This document shows, one piece after another, positions 38,494 through 47,492 of a stretch of 64,000 nt of DNA. The position numbers were made by a program, and so were the translations under genes. This stretch comes from a virus, in IMG/VR virus record IMGVR_UViG_3300043449_001497, positions 1 to 64,000 of that record; one strand, written 5' to 3'. Within the stretch, counting starts at the first letter, position 1, and every line of letters begins with the position of its first letter. Below the pieces are notes generated by a model, which saw only the letters and a program-made list of their open reading frames with translations, was not told where the DNA came from and did no database searches.

Positions 38494-39081
38494 ATGCCTC
38501 ACGAAGACAAGCCTGTACAACCCGGCCCCTCGTTCAACGCAGTCCAGCTTCCCGGCATGGCGAAGACCGACCATGCCGTCGCCCCCTCGACACCGACGAC
38601 GACCGTTGCTCCCGTCATCCGGGTGGAGGCGTCGACGGAGGCGGAGGTTGTGGCCATGCTGGCCGACTCGACCCGCTTCTCCAGCGACCCGGAGCTACGC
38701 ATGGTCGCCGGACAGTTGCTGGCAGCGGGCTACACCGTGCGCGAGGTGTGCCGGAAGCTGAAGCTCCGGCCGCACGTCGTGTGGTCTTGGGCGGAAGACC
38801 CGAACGTGAAGACCGCCATCGAGAAGGGCAAGGACCTGCGCCGGAAGAGCCTGGGCCAGGAGCTCGAGCACGCGGCGGAGAACGCCCTGGCCACGCTGGT
38901 GGACCTCATGGGCGACGAGGCCACGACCCCGAAGGACAGGCTGAAGGCGGCGGAGTTGATCCTCGACCGCTGCGGCCTGGTCGACATCAAGCAGGTCGCC
39001 CCGGTCGAGACGGCCATCAAGGTCGACGTGGACTTTGACGAGCGGCTCGCGCGCATCGTCGCGGGCAGTCGGACGGGCTGA
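38494..39081 (+). CDS. HTH protein, terminase small subunit-like
   Basis: N-terminal HTH, then 'ALATLVDLM...DRLKAAELILDR' helices typical of TerS-like proteins. Confidence 0.6.
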   Translation: MPHEDKPVQPGPSFNAVQLPGMAKTDHAVAPSTPTTTVAPVIRVEASTEAEVVAMLADSTRFSSDPELRMVAGQLLAAGYTVREVCRKLKLRPHVVWSWAEDPNVKTAIEKGKDLRRKSLGQELEHAAENALATLVDLMGDEATTPKDRLKAAELILDRCGLVDIKQVAPVETAIKVDVDFDERLARIVAGSRTG

Positions 39082-39087
39082 ACGCAC

Positions 39088-39128
39088 GAAAGCCCCGGAG
39101 GGGGTTAGCCTCCGGGGCGGGGTGTTTC
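39088..39128. terminator. Terminator between convergent operons
   Basis: AAA-GCCCCGGAGG...CCTCCGGGGC hairpin. Confidence 0.7.
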
Positions 39129-39196
39129 GTGGAAGAGCGACCGACGCTGCTTCACTTTGTGGCGGTCCTGTTGACCATCCTGGTGCTGCTCTACCT

Positions 39197-39538
39197 CTAG
39201 AGCTTGCGCTCGGCGTAGTAGCGGATGTCGCGGATGACCTGCTCGAGCTCGAGAACACGCCGCTCCAGGGTGCGGATGCGGTTCTGGTACTCGGTCTCCC
39301 GGCTGAACCGCTCGTTGTTCTCGGCGTCGAGCCTGTCAGCGCGAGCATGGGCCTCGGCCAGCAGCTTCGGCACGGACGGGTCACACTTGATCCAGCCCCG
39401 TGGGTTGGACGGCGGCGGCTCGCAGGTGGTCCGGCACTCGCAGATGTAGCCCGCCTCGTGGTGGAGGCAGCCATCGGAGCCGTGCAGCATCCAGTTGTGT
39501 CCGCAGCGCTGGCATTCGGAGAAGGGGTCAGGGGTCAT
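39197..39538 (-). CDS. Cys/His-rich coiled-coil hypothetical protein
   Basis: GGAGG RBS; CQRCGH...H...C...CEC. Confidence 0.6.
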   Translation of the reverse strand: MTPDPFSECQRCGHNWMLHGSDGCLHHEAGYICECRTTCEPPPSNPRGWIKCDPSVPKLLAEAHARADRLDAENNERFSRETEYQNRIRTLERRVLELEQVIRDIRYYAERKL

Positions 39539-39786
39539 TGTTCCTCCAGGGTCCAGCCGCAGCGGTGGATGCCGCTCATGGCGAAGTCGCGCATGAACGT
39601 GTCTTCCCGGTCCAAGTCGAACGCGCGGATGAACCACTGCTCCCCGTCATGGAACTCGGAGACGCCGTACCAGATGGACAACGGCTGGATGCGACGCACG
39701 CGGCGTTCCCCGCGCCAGTTGGTGTAGTCGACCAGGAGCGGGACAACCACCTCGGTCTTCTCGACCTTGTCTTCCTCAGGCTTCAT
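39535..39786 (-). CDS. Standalone WYL-like domain protein
   Basis: DYTNWRGERRVRRIQP...WFIRAFDLDR...RDF. Confidence 0.75.
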   Translation of the reverse strand: MKPEEDKVEKTEVVVPLLVDYTNWRGERRVRRIQPLSIWYGVSEFHDGEQWFIRAFDLDREDTFMRDFAMSGIHRCGWTLEEQ

Positions 39787-40204
39787 CGAAGTCCTCGCAG
39801 TCGTCCCGGAGGGACCAGCTGAAGGACTGGAACTCGCGACTGTCGTTGTCGTCCAGCGCGGCGCGCAGCCAGTCAGTCGAGAGGTCGAGGAGCTCCACGC
39901 CAGCGGCGCGGTTGCCTTCCATGACCTTCTCCTCGAGGGCGACGGCGCGGTCGGCTTCAGCCTGGGGGACCTTGACGTCCACGTCCATCGAGACGCGGAC
40001 CCAGGTCGTCTCGACGTTCTTCCTGGTCGTGTCCCGCCGACGACTGTCGATGAGGTCAGCGAGGGCACGGAGGGTGGAGGCGAGTGCCTCCCGGTCGTCC
40101 TTCCCGTGGCGGGTGACGAGTGCCCCGGAGATGCCAGGGACCGTGAGCGCGGCGACGGCGCGGTTATCGGTGAGGGTCAGGTCGATCTTGGCGTTTGCCT
40201 TCAT
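39776..40204 (-). CDS. Hypothetical protein
   Basis: GGAG RBS, codon bias. Confidence 0.6.
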   Translation of the reverse strand: MKANAKIDLTLTDNRAVAALTVPGISGALVTRHGKDDREALASTLRALADLIDSRRRDTTRKNVETTWVRVSMDVDVKVPQAEADRAVALEEKVMEGNRAAGVELLDLSTDWLRAALDDNDSREFQSFSWSLRDDCEDFDEA

Positions 40205-40206
40205 GG

Positions 40207-40308
40207 CTACTCCGGTGGAGAGAGGTGAGCCCACAGGCCAAGGAGGCCGGGGATGACGATGCACTTGACTGCCATCGCGCAGAGAAACATGGCGAAGCCT
40301 TCTTCCAT
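40207..40308 (-). CDS. Small hydrophobic peptide
   Basis: Fills the operon gap; 33 aa, hydrophobic. Confidence 0.35.
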   Translation of the reverse strand: MEEGFAMFLCAMAVKCIVIPGLLGLWAHLSPPE

Positions 40309-40309
40309 G

Positions 40310-40762
40310 TCAGTCCCCGCTATCGTGGGAGTCGAGGCGTCCGCAGTCAGGGCACTGCGCGGTGCGGTAGGTCGAGGAGTGCTCGGTCCACTGCATGTTG
40401 CGGTGCTCGCAGCGAGACACGTCGACGCGCCGGAACAGTGCGTGGCAGGGGCCGGGAGGGTCCATGACACCGGGGCGCGGCGTGCGCGCCGCCCAGCCGC
40501 CAAGGTCGCTGGTCCAGTACAGGGTCCAGAAACCCATGTCCCCGTTACCCCGGTGCTCGATGAGCATGGGCAGCTTGCCCTGGACGTACGCCAGGTCGGC
40601 GAGCTTGCCCGGCTTCGAGTCAGGACCGACCAACTCCCACTGCTGCGGGAAGATGCCCTGGCGGTTGCGGGGCTTGTCCAGTCCAGGAGGGCGGGTGCGG
40701 TCGACGAGCGCGGCGTCCACGTTGTCGGCGGCGGACGCGACGTGAGGGATGTAGATGGCCAT
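40310..40762 (-). CDS. Hypothetical protein, C-terminal Zn-ribbon
   Basis: CEH...CPDCG. Confidence 0.6.
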   Translation of the reverse strand: MAIYIPHVASAADNVDAALVDRTRPPGLDKPRNRQGIFPQQWELVGPDSKPGKLADLAYVQGKLPMLIEHRGNGDMGFWTLYWTSDLGGWAARTPRPGVMDPPGPCHALFRRVDVSRCEHRNMQWTEHSSTYRTAQCPDCGRLDSHDSGD

Positions 40763-40763
40763 C

Positions 40764-41159
40764 TCAGGACTCCTTGATGTTGCGGGCGTCGTGACGGTCG
40801 AAGGCGGCGACGAACTCGGGCCAACGCTGGCTGCTGGGGTGGTAGCCCGTGTCGCAGCTATCGAGCTCCGACCACAGGTCCTGGGGGATGTCGGCGACCG
40901 CCAGCTCGATGCGACGGGCGAGGTCGCGAGCCTGGGCGGGCTTGCCGGAGTCGACACGCCACGCCTTGCCGCCGACCACGACGGCGACCACGACCTCACG
41001 GGCGTTGCCCGTGCCGCGGTGGAGCACGATGCGCCCCGACAGGTGAACCCAGCCGTTGAAGCTGGGCAGAGAGGTGAACGTCCACGCGGGGTAGACGAGC
41101 CGCCCACTGTACGCGAGCGAGGGGCGCGCGGACATGGGCGGGAGCTTGGTGTTGTACAT
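40764..41159 (-). CDS. Hypothetical protein
   Basis: GGAG RBS. Confidence 0.55.
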   Translation of the reverse strand: MYNTKLPPMSARPSLAYSGRLVYPAWTFTSLPSFNGWVHLSGRIVLHRGTGNAREVVVAVVVGGKAWRVDSGKPAQARDLARRIELAVADIPQDLWSELDSCDTGYHPSSQRWPEFVAAFDRHDARNIKES

Positions 41160-41554
41160 CAGGACTCCAGGTTGAGGCGCGCTTCGTCGAGGGCTTCGTC
41201 GCCGTCGTCGAACCAGCCAAGGTGGACGTGAGGGAAGCGGGGCTTGCCGCGCTTGAACATCTCCGCCCGTGGGATGAAGTTGTTGGAGCCGACCAGGGTC
41301 AGGCCGCGCAGCTTGGCGGCCCAACGCTGGCGCGTCTCGAGGTCGACCCCTTCCTCGAACTCGAGGACGGTGTCGAGCTTGTCGACGTAGGTGAGGACCG
41401 GAGGGGTCTCGAACAGACCTCCCGTGTTCGTCAGGACGAGCTTCACGTCGGGCGTCACGATGACGCGCTCGACGATGCGCGAAGGACGCACCGTCTCGTC
41501 CAGGAGGCGCGCGTGTTCGGTGACGTCGCACGTCACCATGTAGTAGCTGTTCAT
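41159..41554 (-). CDS. Hypothetical protein
   Basis: GGGAG RBS. Confidence 0.6.
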   Translation of the reverse strand: MNSYYMVTCDVTEHARLLDETVRPSRIVERVIVTPDVKLVLTNTGGLFETPPVLTYVDKLDTVLEFEEGVDLETRQRWAAKLRGLTLVGSNNFIPRAEMFKRGKPRFPHVHLGWFDDGDEALDEARLNLES

Positions 41555-41555
41555 G

Positions 41556-41861
41556 TCAGGACTCCCACGGCCAGCCGTCGCGGTCGACGGGCTCGAGGCC
41601 AGCGGCGCGGGCCTGCTCGCGCGCCTCGAACTCGTCCTCGGTGTGCGACGGACTGTCTTCCACGTCGGCGTCACCGACGGCTGCGAGGGCGATGCGCTCG
41701 GCCACGATGTCGGCCGCCTTGTCGAACGCAGCAGCGTGGCCGCGGACGAAGTCGACGCCGACGCCAGCGCCGGGGCCTGACGACCATTCGGTGGCGAGGC
41801 GGCGTTGGTCCTCGGCGATCTTGCGGAACAGGGTTTCGAGGAAGGTGAGGTCGTCGTTCAT
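41556..41861 (-). CDS. Acidic hypothetical protein
   Basis: GAGGA RBS. Confidence 0.6.
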   Translation of the reverse strand: MNDDLTFLETLFRKIAEDQRRLATEWSSGPGAGVGVDFVRGHAAAFDKAADIVAERIALAAVGDADVEDSPSHTEDEFEAREQARAAGLEPVDRDGWPWES

Positions 41862-42072
41862 GTTGTTGGTCCTCGGGGTGACGTGGCAGTCTTACCACGG
41901 TGGTTGACGGAGTCAAGGGCAGCCCGACGGATTGTCGGCAGCCTGCGAAGAGAGCGGTCCCGCTGCAACCCGGAGTGGGGAGAAGCATGAAGAAGAGCCA
42001 CGCCAAGGAGCGGGACCGCCAAGGGAAAGGGGGCCAGCCCATTATCCGGGGCTGGCGGCGGAGCGCGACCGT

Positions 42073-43506
42073 CTAGTTGACGGCGCGGCTGGCGAGGACC
42101 GGGAGCAGCGCACCAGCGGCACGCTCGACGCGCCAACGCTGGATGTCGTCGAGCATGCCTTCGTGGGCAGCCCGCGTCACGGCGTTGAACACGTCGGCGA
42201 GCGTCTCGCCCTGCTCCGCATCGAAGCCGCGGAGGAGCGACTCGACCATGACGTCGCGAGCGATGTCGGCGTCAAGGTCACCCGACGAGACGAGCGCACG
42301 GAGCATGGCACGCGGGTCGGTGTACCGCTTGCCGCCGACCGTGACCTTGTTGATGGGCGTCTCACGGAGCACGCTCCAGGAGTCCAGGAAGAACTTGGCC
42401 GCGTCGCCGGACTGCACGACGAGGGTCTGCACATCCTGGCGGATGCGCTCGAGCCCCTGGGCGGTCAGGTCTTCCTTGCGGCTGCCCTTGTGGACACGCC
42501 GCATCGAGTCGCCGCCGAACGTGCCCGTCGTGCAGTTGATGCAGATGACACGGGTGAAGGACTGTCCGCCCATGTGCGAACCCAGCCCTGCGTCGTTCGT
42601 CTTTCCGGTGATACCTGACTCGAAGACGTCGCCAACCGACGGCCGGAAGGTTACAGGCGCATGCCACGACGCCCGAATGGTGACGTCGGTGGTCTCGCCG
42701 TTGTAGGCAATCGCTCCGCGGGGGTCCGGCAGACCCAAGCGGTCGAACGCCTCGACGTAGGTGCTCAACACCTTGTCGGCGTCCATCGGCATGTAGCTGG
42801 GGGACACGGCTGCGAACGCCTGCCACGTGCCGTTCAGCTGGCGGCACCGCAGCCGCAGGTTGCGCTCGTCGTCCCCGTAGAACTCATGCAGCCGGGAGAG
42901 CTGGGCGTTGACCACCTCAGCACGGTCGTCGGCGTGGAGCAGCGACAGGAACTGCCAAGCTCCGGGGAACGCCTTGGGGAAGCGGGAGACGAGGCCCTTG
43001 AGGGCGTTCGGCTCCAGCCACAGTGCGCCACTGCCACGGCTCAGGGTGCCGTCAGGCAGAAGGCGGAGAGCCTTCGCGTCGCCGACCTGCGCGTCGGTGC
43101 GCTGCTCTGCGCGGATGGTACGGACCACCTCGCGCGCGGCCTCGCGGAAGGAGGGGAGCTCGTCGTGCCGCTTGGCGAGCGAGCCGAACTTGGCCCGCCC
43201 TTCAGGCAGCATCTCCGTGCCCGCCGCGAACCAGGGAGGGGGAGCGGCGAAACCACGGGCAGCCAGGAATGCCTCGGCCGCCTTGATGCGACGCTCGGCT
43301 TCCGGGTCCATGTCCACCCCAGGACGAAGCTCGGGCTTCGCCACGGGAGCGGGAGCGGTGTCGACGGGAACGAGCGAACCCGTGAACCCAGCGGCAGCGT
43401 ACTGCCGCATGATGGACTCACGGTCGCCCTCGACAGGGTCCCCGTCGGTGCGCCGCCACAGAAGGCGAGCGGGGAGAGCGGGGGTGTTGTCGTTGTCGGT
43501 ATTCAT
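42073..43506 (-). CDS. DUF932-like protein
   Basis: VSPSY.PMD, 'TND.G.GS...F.RVICINC', RRVH and TLADVFNAVT motifs. Confidence 0.65.
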   Translation of the reverse strand: MNTDNDNTPALPARLLWRRTDGDPVEGDRESIMRQYAAAGFTGSLVPVDTAPAPVAKPELRPGVDMDPEAERRIKAAEAFLAARGFAAPPPWFAAGTEMLPEGRAKFGSLAKRHDELPSFREAAREVVRTIRAEQRTDAQVGDAKALRLLPDGTLSRGSGALWLEPNALKGLVSRFPKAFPGAWQFLSLLHADDRAEVVNAQLSRLHEFYGDDERNLRLRCRQLNGTWQAFAAVSPSYMPMDADKVLSTYVEAFDRLGLPDPRGAIAYNGETTDVTIRASWHAPVTFRPSVGDVFESGITGKTNDAGLGSHMGGQSFTRVICINCTTGTFGGDSMRRVHKGSRKEDLTAQGLERIRQDVQTLVVQSGDAAKFFLDSWSVLRETPINKVTVGGKRYTDPRAMLRALVSSGDLDADIARDVMVESLLRGFDAEQGETLADVFNAVTRAAHEGMLDDIQRWRVERAAGALLPVLASRAVN

Positions 43507-43587
43507 GTCTTCCTCTCGATGTTGACGGGTGACTCGGTACTAGACCGACTCAGACGCACCGTCGTTGAACGATGCGCCTGCGGCGAG

Positions 43588-43848
43588 CTAGCGTTGGTTG
43601 AGGTTGGCCTCGTCGAGCTCGAAGGCTCGAACGAGGGCGGCGGCTACAAGGTCCGCCTGCAAGTTGCGGAGGTCTGCTGCCTGCGTGTCGCGGGAGCTGA
43701 AGTAGACAGCCTGCCCGTCCATGACGACGGTGTGGAAGTCCACGTCGAGGGCTTCCAGCGCACGCCACACGGCAGTCCGCTGGATGTGCGTGAGGTTGTC
43801 GAACACGATCACGGTGTCGCCCGTGGGACCAGGAATGACTGCGGACAT
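43588..43848 (-). CDS. Hypothetical protein
   Basis: GAGG RBS. Confidence 0.55.
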   Translation of the reverse strand: MSAVIPGPTGDTVIVFDNLTHIQRTAVWRALEALDVDFHTVVMDGQAVYFSSRDTQAADLRNLQADLVAAALVRAFELDEANLNQR

Positions 43849-43858
43849 GGTGTGCCTC

Positions 43859-44161
43859 TCAGTAGATGGTGATGCGGGCGTCCCGCAGCTTGAACCGGAC
43901 GGGCTCACCCTTGAAGTCGGTGACCCAGCTTTCCTCTTCGTAGCGGTGGCCCGTGACGTAGACCGGGAAGTCGTTGTACGGGTCGTCGGGGCACTCGAAG
44001 CCAGCGATGATGGCGTCCCCGGTGAAGTCGACGCTCTCGACGTGGACGGTCCACCCGACGAGCCGGGAGAGCGTCGCACGCACGGTGTCGAGGTCGGGCC
44101 CGTCGACGGCGAACCCAAGGTTGAACCCGAACCAGCGGGCGGGCGCGGTGTTGTCGGTCAT
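43859..44161 (-). CDS. Hypothetical protein
   Basis: GGAGGCAAGCATG start. Confidence 0.6.
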   Translation of the reverse strand: MTDNTAPARWFGFNLGFAVDGPDLDTVRATLSRLVGWTVHVESVDFTGDAIIAGFECPDDPYNDFPVYVTGHRYEEESWVTDFKGEPVRFKLRDARITIY

Positions 44162-44376
44162 GCTTGCCTCCTAGCTGGCTGGCTGCCAGCCATGTTGATG
44201 TAGTCTGAGGTTGACACGGTGTCAAGACCCTGCGCGTCGAGGTTCCGGGCAGCCTGGTACATGATGGCTGCGTGCGGGTTCCCCAACAGGTCGACGACGA
44301 GGACGAAGTCCACGTCGCGGATGGTCATGCCCCGGCACTGCTCGAAGATGCGTTCCAGCGCGTCCTCGTAGGTCAT
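44158..44376 (-). CDS. Hypothetical protein
   Basis: ATGA coupling. Confidence 0.5.
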   Translation of the reverse strand: MTYEDALERIFEQCRGMTIRDVDFVLVVDLLGNPHAAIMYQAARNLDAQGLDTVSTSDYINMAGSQPARRQA

Positions 44377-44657
44377 GCCACACCCCCACGCATCACTGCG
44401 ACGAGGTCGAGGGTCGCGGGGTCCGCTGCCAGCGCGGCGAGCCGCTTGGCGTTGAACCGGGTCGCCTTCTCGAGGCTCTTCCACTCTGCTGCCCCCAAGG
44501 GGTAGCCTCGCACGCCGCCGCCAAGGTCGCGGTACGGGGCCACGAACACCGCGTACACACCGTGACGGTAGGTCAGGTAGGCGTGGACGTGAGTCGTGTC
44601 GTGCTGGTCGTTGACCTGCTCTTCGTCGAGCAGGTTGATGGATCGATTGTCGTTCAT
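44373..44657 (-). CDS. Hypothetical protein
   Basis: AAGGAGG RBS. Confidence 0.6.
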   Translation of the reverse strand: MNDNRSINLLDEEQVNDQHDTTHVHAYLTYRHGVYAVFVAPYRDLGGGVRGYPLGAAEWKSLEKATRFNAKRLAALAADPATLDLVAVMRGGVA

Positions 44658-44728
44658 ACTTGCCTCCTTCGGTCTAGACCGACTCTGATGCCGCGAGAGA
44701 GGCTGTCCCTCGCGGCACCAGCGGCGAA

Positions 44729-44932
44729 CTAGCCCAGCACGTCGCGGAGGATGGGGTCTTCCTCCGCGCGGCGGTTGCTCTCAGTGTCGAGGTCGCGGGC
44801 TGCCTGAAGCAACCGCGCGAGGTTCCCATCCATGCCCGCCTCGTCGGCGAGGTCGGGGTCCACCTTGTGGAAGGTGGAGTAGCTGGCGGCGCGCTCCACG
44901 ATGCGCCCCAGCGTCTTCAGGTGTCGGCTCAT
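44729..44932 (-). CDS. Hypothetical protein
   Basis: GGAGG RBS, ATGA coupling. Confidence 0.55.
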   Translation of the reverse strand: MSRHLKTLGRIVERAASYSTFHKVDPDLADEAGMDGNLARLLQAARDLDTESNRRAEEDPILRDVLG

Positions 44933-45300
44933 GCTGCACCTCCCGGAAGGGCGGCGACAATCGCACGAACCGCGGCGACGACTACGGGGACGTCGTCGTG
45001 AACGTCGGCACGAAGCTCGCCTAGGCTCACGGCGTGGAGCGGGTCGAACCACAGTCGGCGCTCCCCGTTGTAGGGGTCCAGCTCCAGCTTGCGGTCGAGG
45101 ACGAGGTCCACGACTACGGGACTCTCGTCGAGCTCTGCGCCGGACCCACGGGGCCACACGCGAAGCTCCCAGCCCTCGTCCCCGTAGACGGAGACGACGC
45201 CGTCGGAGTCGTCGCTTGCGTCGATGCCCGCTGCGTTGAGGGCGTGGGCGATGACCTCACCCGCTGCCAAGATGGCGGCGTCCAAGTCTTCCGCGCTCAC
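44929..45300 (-). CDS. Acidic hypothetical protein
   Basis: GTG start overlapping the upstream stop. Confidence 0.55.
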   Translation of the reverse strand: MSAEDLDAAILAAGEVIAHALNAAGIDASDDSDGVVSVYGDEGWELRVWPRGSGAELDESPVVVDLVLDRKLELDPYNGERRLWFDPLHAVSLGELRADVHDDVPVVVAAVRAIVAALPGGAA

Positions 45301-45440
45301 GGGGTCACCCCCACCAGCGTCCAATCGAGAGCCAGGAGGAAGAGACCCCCCGCCACGATGAACACCCAGGCTACCACCTCGACGAGAGGCCAATCGATGG
45401 GGGACGGCCGCCCCATCCGGGTTACTCTGTACTTTGCCAT
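45297..45440 (-). CDS. Small membrane peptide (47 aa)
   Basis: GGAGG RBS; hydrophobic stretch VVAWVFIVAGGLFLLAL. Confidence 0.5.
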   Translation of the reverse strand: MAKYRVTRMGRPSPIDWPLVEVVAWVFIVAGGLFLLALDWTLVGVTP

Positions 45441-45519
45441 GTTGTCCTCCGGGTTGTTGATGTTCTAGGTCGACTCAGATGCAGCGAGAGGTGTTGCCCC
45501 TCGCTGCACCTGCGGCGGT

Positions 45520-45825
45520 CTAGTACAGTCCAGCCTCTGCCAGCTTGGCAGCCAGCTTCTCGAGCCGCTCCATGGTGCGGACCGGGATGGGCCGCTCCCA
45601 AGGGTCGCTAAACGTGCCCTCGTTCAGGGCGAGCGTGAGGCTCGCGCTGAAGCAGTGCACCTCGCTTCCGTCGCGCAGGTCTGCGCTCACGAACCAATCC
45701 TGTCGCCAGCCGGGCTGGCCCTCAGGACCCACGTCTCGACCGTCGGGCAGGGGCCCGTCGGGCTCGACGTTGTACACCCCGATGCGATGCACCTTGACCA
45801 GCGGGTGCGGATGCTCGCCCGTCAT
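45520..45825 (-). CDS. Hypothetical protein
   Basis: Coupled ORF. Confidence 0.55.
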   Translation of the reverse strand: MTGEHPHPLVKVHRIGVYNVEPDGPLPDGRDVGPEGQPGWRQDWFVSADLRDGSEVHCFSASLTLALNEGTFSDPWERPIPVRTMERLEKLAAKLAEAGLY

Positions 45826-46058
45826 GCGACCACCACGACGGACTCGCCGTCCACGGTGTAGTCGCCCGCCGCCAGCTTCCTCACTGCCTTCTCAGGCAGC
45901 GAGGGAAACATGGCGAGGATGAAGTGCCGCTTCGCTCCAAGGTCGGAGCGCGCGCCCTTCACGTCACTGCGGCGCAGATGCCGGACCCAACTGACCACAC
46001 CCGGAGTGTAAACCATCGGGTTGCTGGCCAGCGTGTAGGTCGTCTTCTCGCTCTTCAT
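45822..46058 (-). CDS. Hypothetical protein
   Basis: GAGG RBS. Confidence 0.55.
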   Translation of the reverse strand: MKSEKTTYTLASNPMVYTPGVVSWVRHLRRSDVKGARSDLGAKRHFILAMFPSLPEKAVRKLAAGDYTVDGESVVVVA

Positions 46059-46065
46059 GTGAACC

Positions 46066-46287
46066 TCAGTCGTTGAAGGTGGTGAGCTTGGCGGCGCGCT
46101 CTTCAGCTTCCGCCACCTGTGCGGACGTGAGCGTCTCCCGGATGTCGCATGCGAGCATCCCGAAGCAGCACCACTCCTCGATGCTCTCGAACTGCTTCTC
46201 CGCGCAGATGTTCGCGGTGAGCACCTCCTGAGCGATGCGGACGAGCCGCTCGTACAGGTCACGGTTCACGGTGATTGTGTCTTCCAT
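46066..46287 (-). CDS. Hypothetical protein
   Basis: GGAGGACAAGCATG start. Confidence 0.55.
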   Translation of the reverse strand: MEDTITVNRDLYERLVRIAQEVLTANICAEKQFESIEEWCCFGMLACDIRETLTSAQVAEAEERAAKLTTFND

Positions 46288-46425
46288 GCTTGTCCTCCAG
46301 CGGGGCAGCGTTCCGTTCGCCCCTGTGCCCATCCATGCAGGACACGACGTCCCAAGCGCGCTGCGCGCCGGGATGGGGGCCACTCAGGGCTGGCCGCTTC
46401 ACCCAGGGGGAGACGGCTCCCCCGT

Positions 46426-47028
46426 TCACTCGTCGTGCGCCGCCTTGAGAATGCCGCGCACCCTGTCCACGACCTCGCTCAGGGGGAGGTCGAGGGCCAA
46501 CTCGTCGACGTACTCGTACGCTCCGCCATCGTACCGCAGGGTCACGATGTCAGCGGTGAGCGCGTTGCGCTCGTCGAGGTCGATGCTCACCCGCAGTTCG
46601 CAGGTCTCGAACCCCCACAGGACGCGCACCCGACCGTCACCGTAGTGCGTGCAGGGGATGCCCGCACGCTGCATCTCCACGGCCAGCGTGGCACCCGCAC
46701 TGTGACAGAGCACGTCGTGCTTCTCCGCCTCGCTGATGGCCTCACGGAGGGCCGCGGCGGGCTCGAGTTCCGGGATGGGGAACTCACGCAGGTAGCGGGC
46801 GAGGAACACCTCGACCTCTTCCATCCAATCGTGCGTCTCGCCCCACTCGACGTCGGCGTACACCCGCTGGAAGGCGAGCGTGCACCCGACCACGTAGTCG
46901 GCGAACTCCACGACCGGGAGGTCGACGCCCGATGCGCTCAGCATCCCCCACAGTTCGCGGGAGAACGCCGCCGCCGTCGCGCCATCCACGGGACGCACCC
47001 ACGCCGGGGTGATGTCGTTCGTCTTCAT
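46426..47028 (-). CDS. Acidic hypothetical protein
   Basis: GGAGGCAAGCATG start. Confidence 0.6.
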   Translation of the reverse strand: MKTNDITPAWVRPVDGATAAAFSRELWGMLSASGVDLPVVEFADYVVGCTLAFQRVYADVEWGETHDWMEEVEVFLARYLREFPIPELEPAAALREAISEAEKHDVLCHSAGATLAVEMQRAGIPCTHYGDGRVRVLWGFETCELRVSIDLDERNALTADIVTLRYDGGAYEYVDELALDLPLSEVVDRVRGILKAAHDE

Positions 47029-47107
47029 GCTTGCCTCCGTGGCAGACTCTGAGCGCTCGCCGCCGGGCCTGCCAGCCGGACGGCACGCCGCACCACCGGG
47101 GTACAGG

Positions 47108-47137
47108 ATTGTACCACCGTGGCACGCAATGAAGCAA
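47108..47137 (-). promoter_or_regulatory. sigma70-like promoter
   Basis: TTGCTT-18-TACAAT with TG extension. Confidence 0.6.
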
Positions 47138-47492
47138 ACATACCATGCACTCACGACGTTTCGCTTAGTCCCACCGAACCGGGCTTTCGCAGTCACGGCA
47201 CGGGTTTACGCGGCAACTAGGCGTATCGCACTGTCGCACATGGTAGACCCCCTTTACATGTAGATGCACTTACATGTAGGGGCTACACGAGGGAGATGCA
47301 GGTAGGGTATATGCACTAGGTGGATACAACCGTATGTCTCTCTATGCTCTCGTCATCGTTCAGCTTTCGCCGAACGGTGGGTCTAGCGATAGCTGGAGGC
47401 TATCGCAGAGGCGGGACCCATAGGCCCAGCCTATCGAACGGTCGACCCATACCGACCCACCGCGTGAACGGTGAGCCGGGATTGAACGGCCG

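Larger units (their letters stand above)
43540..45523 (-). repeat. Three copies of a covarying intergenic stem-loop (43540-43591, 44674-44732, 45465-45523)
   Basis: CTAG-nn-CG-CCG-[12-16 bp stem]-AGT-CG-nn-CTAG; compensatory changes between copies. Confidence 0.85.

Noticed and set aside
41888-41960. Additional minus-strand promoter and boxA-like sequence
   Set aside because: TTGACT is present but the -10 is poor and the boxA-like sequence lies upstream of it; too weak to call
43540-45523. Hairpins as classical integron attC sites or tRNAs
   Set aside because: No RYYYAAC/GTTRRRY ends, no integron integrase, no cloverleaf or T-loop motif
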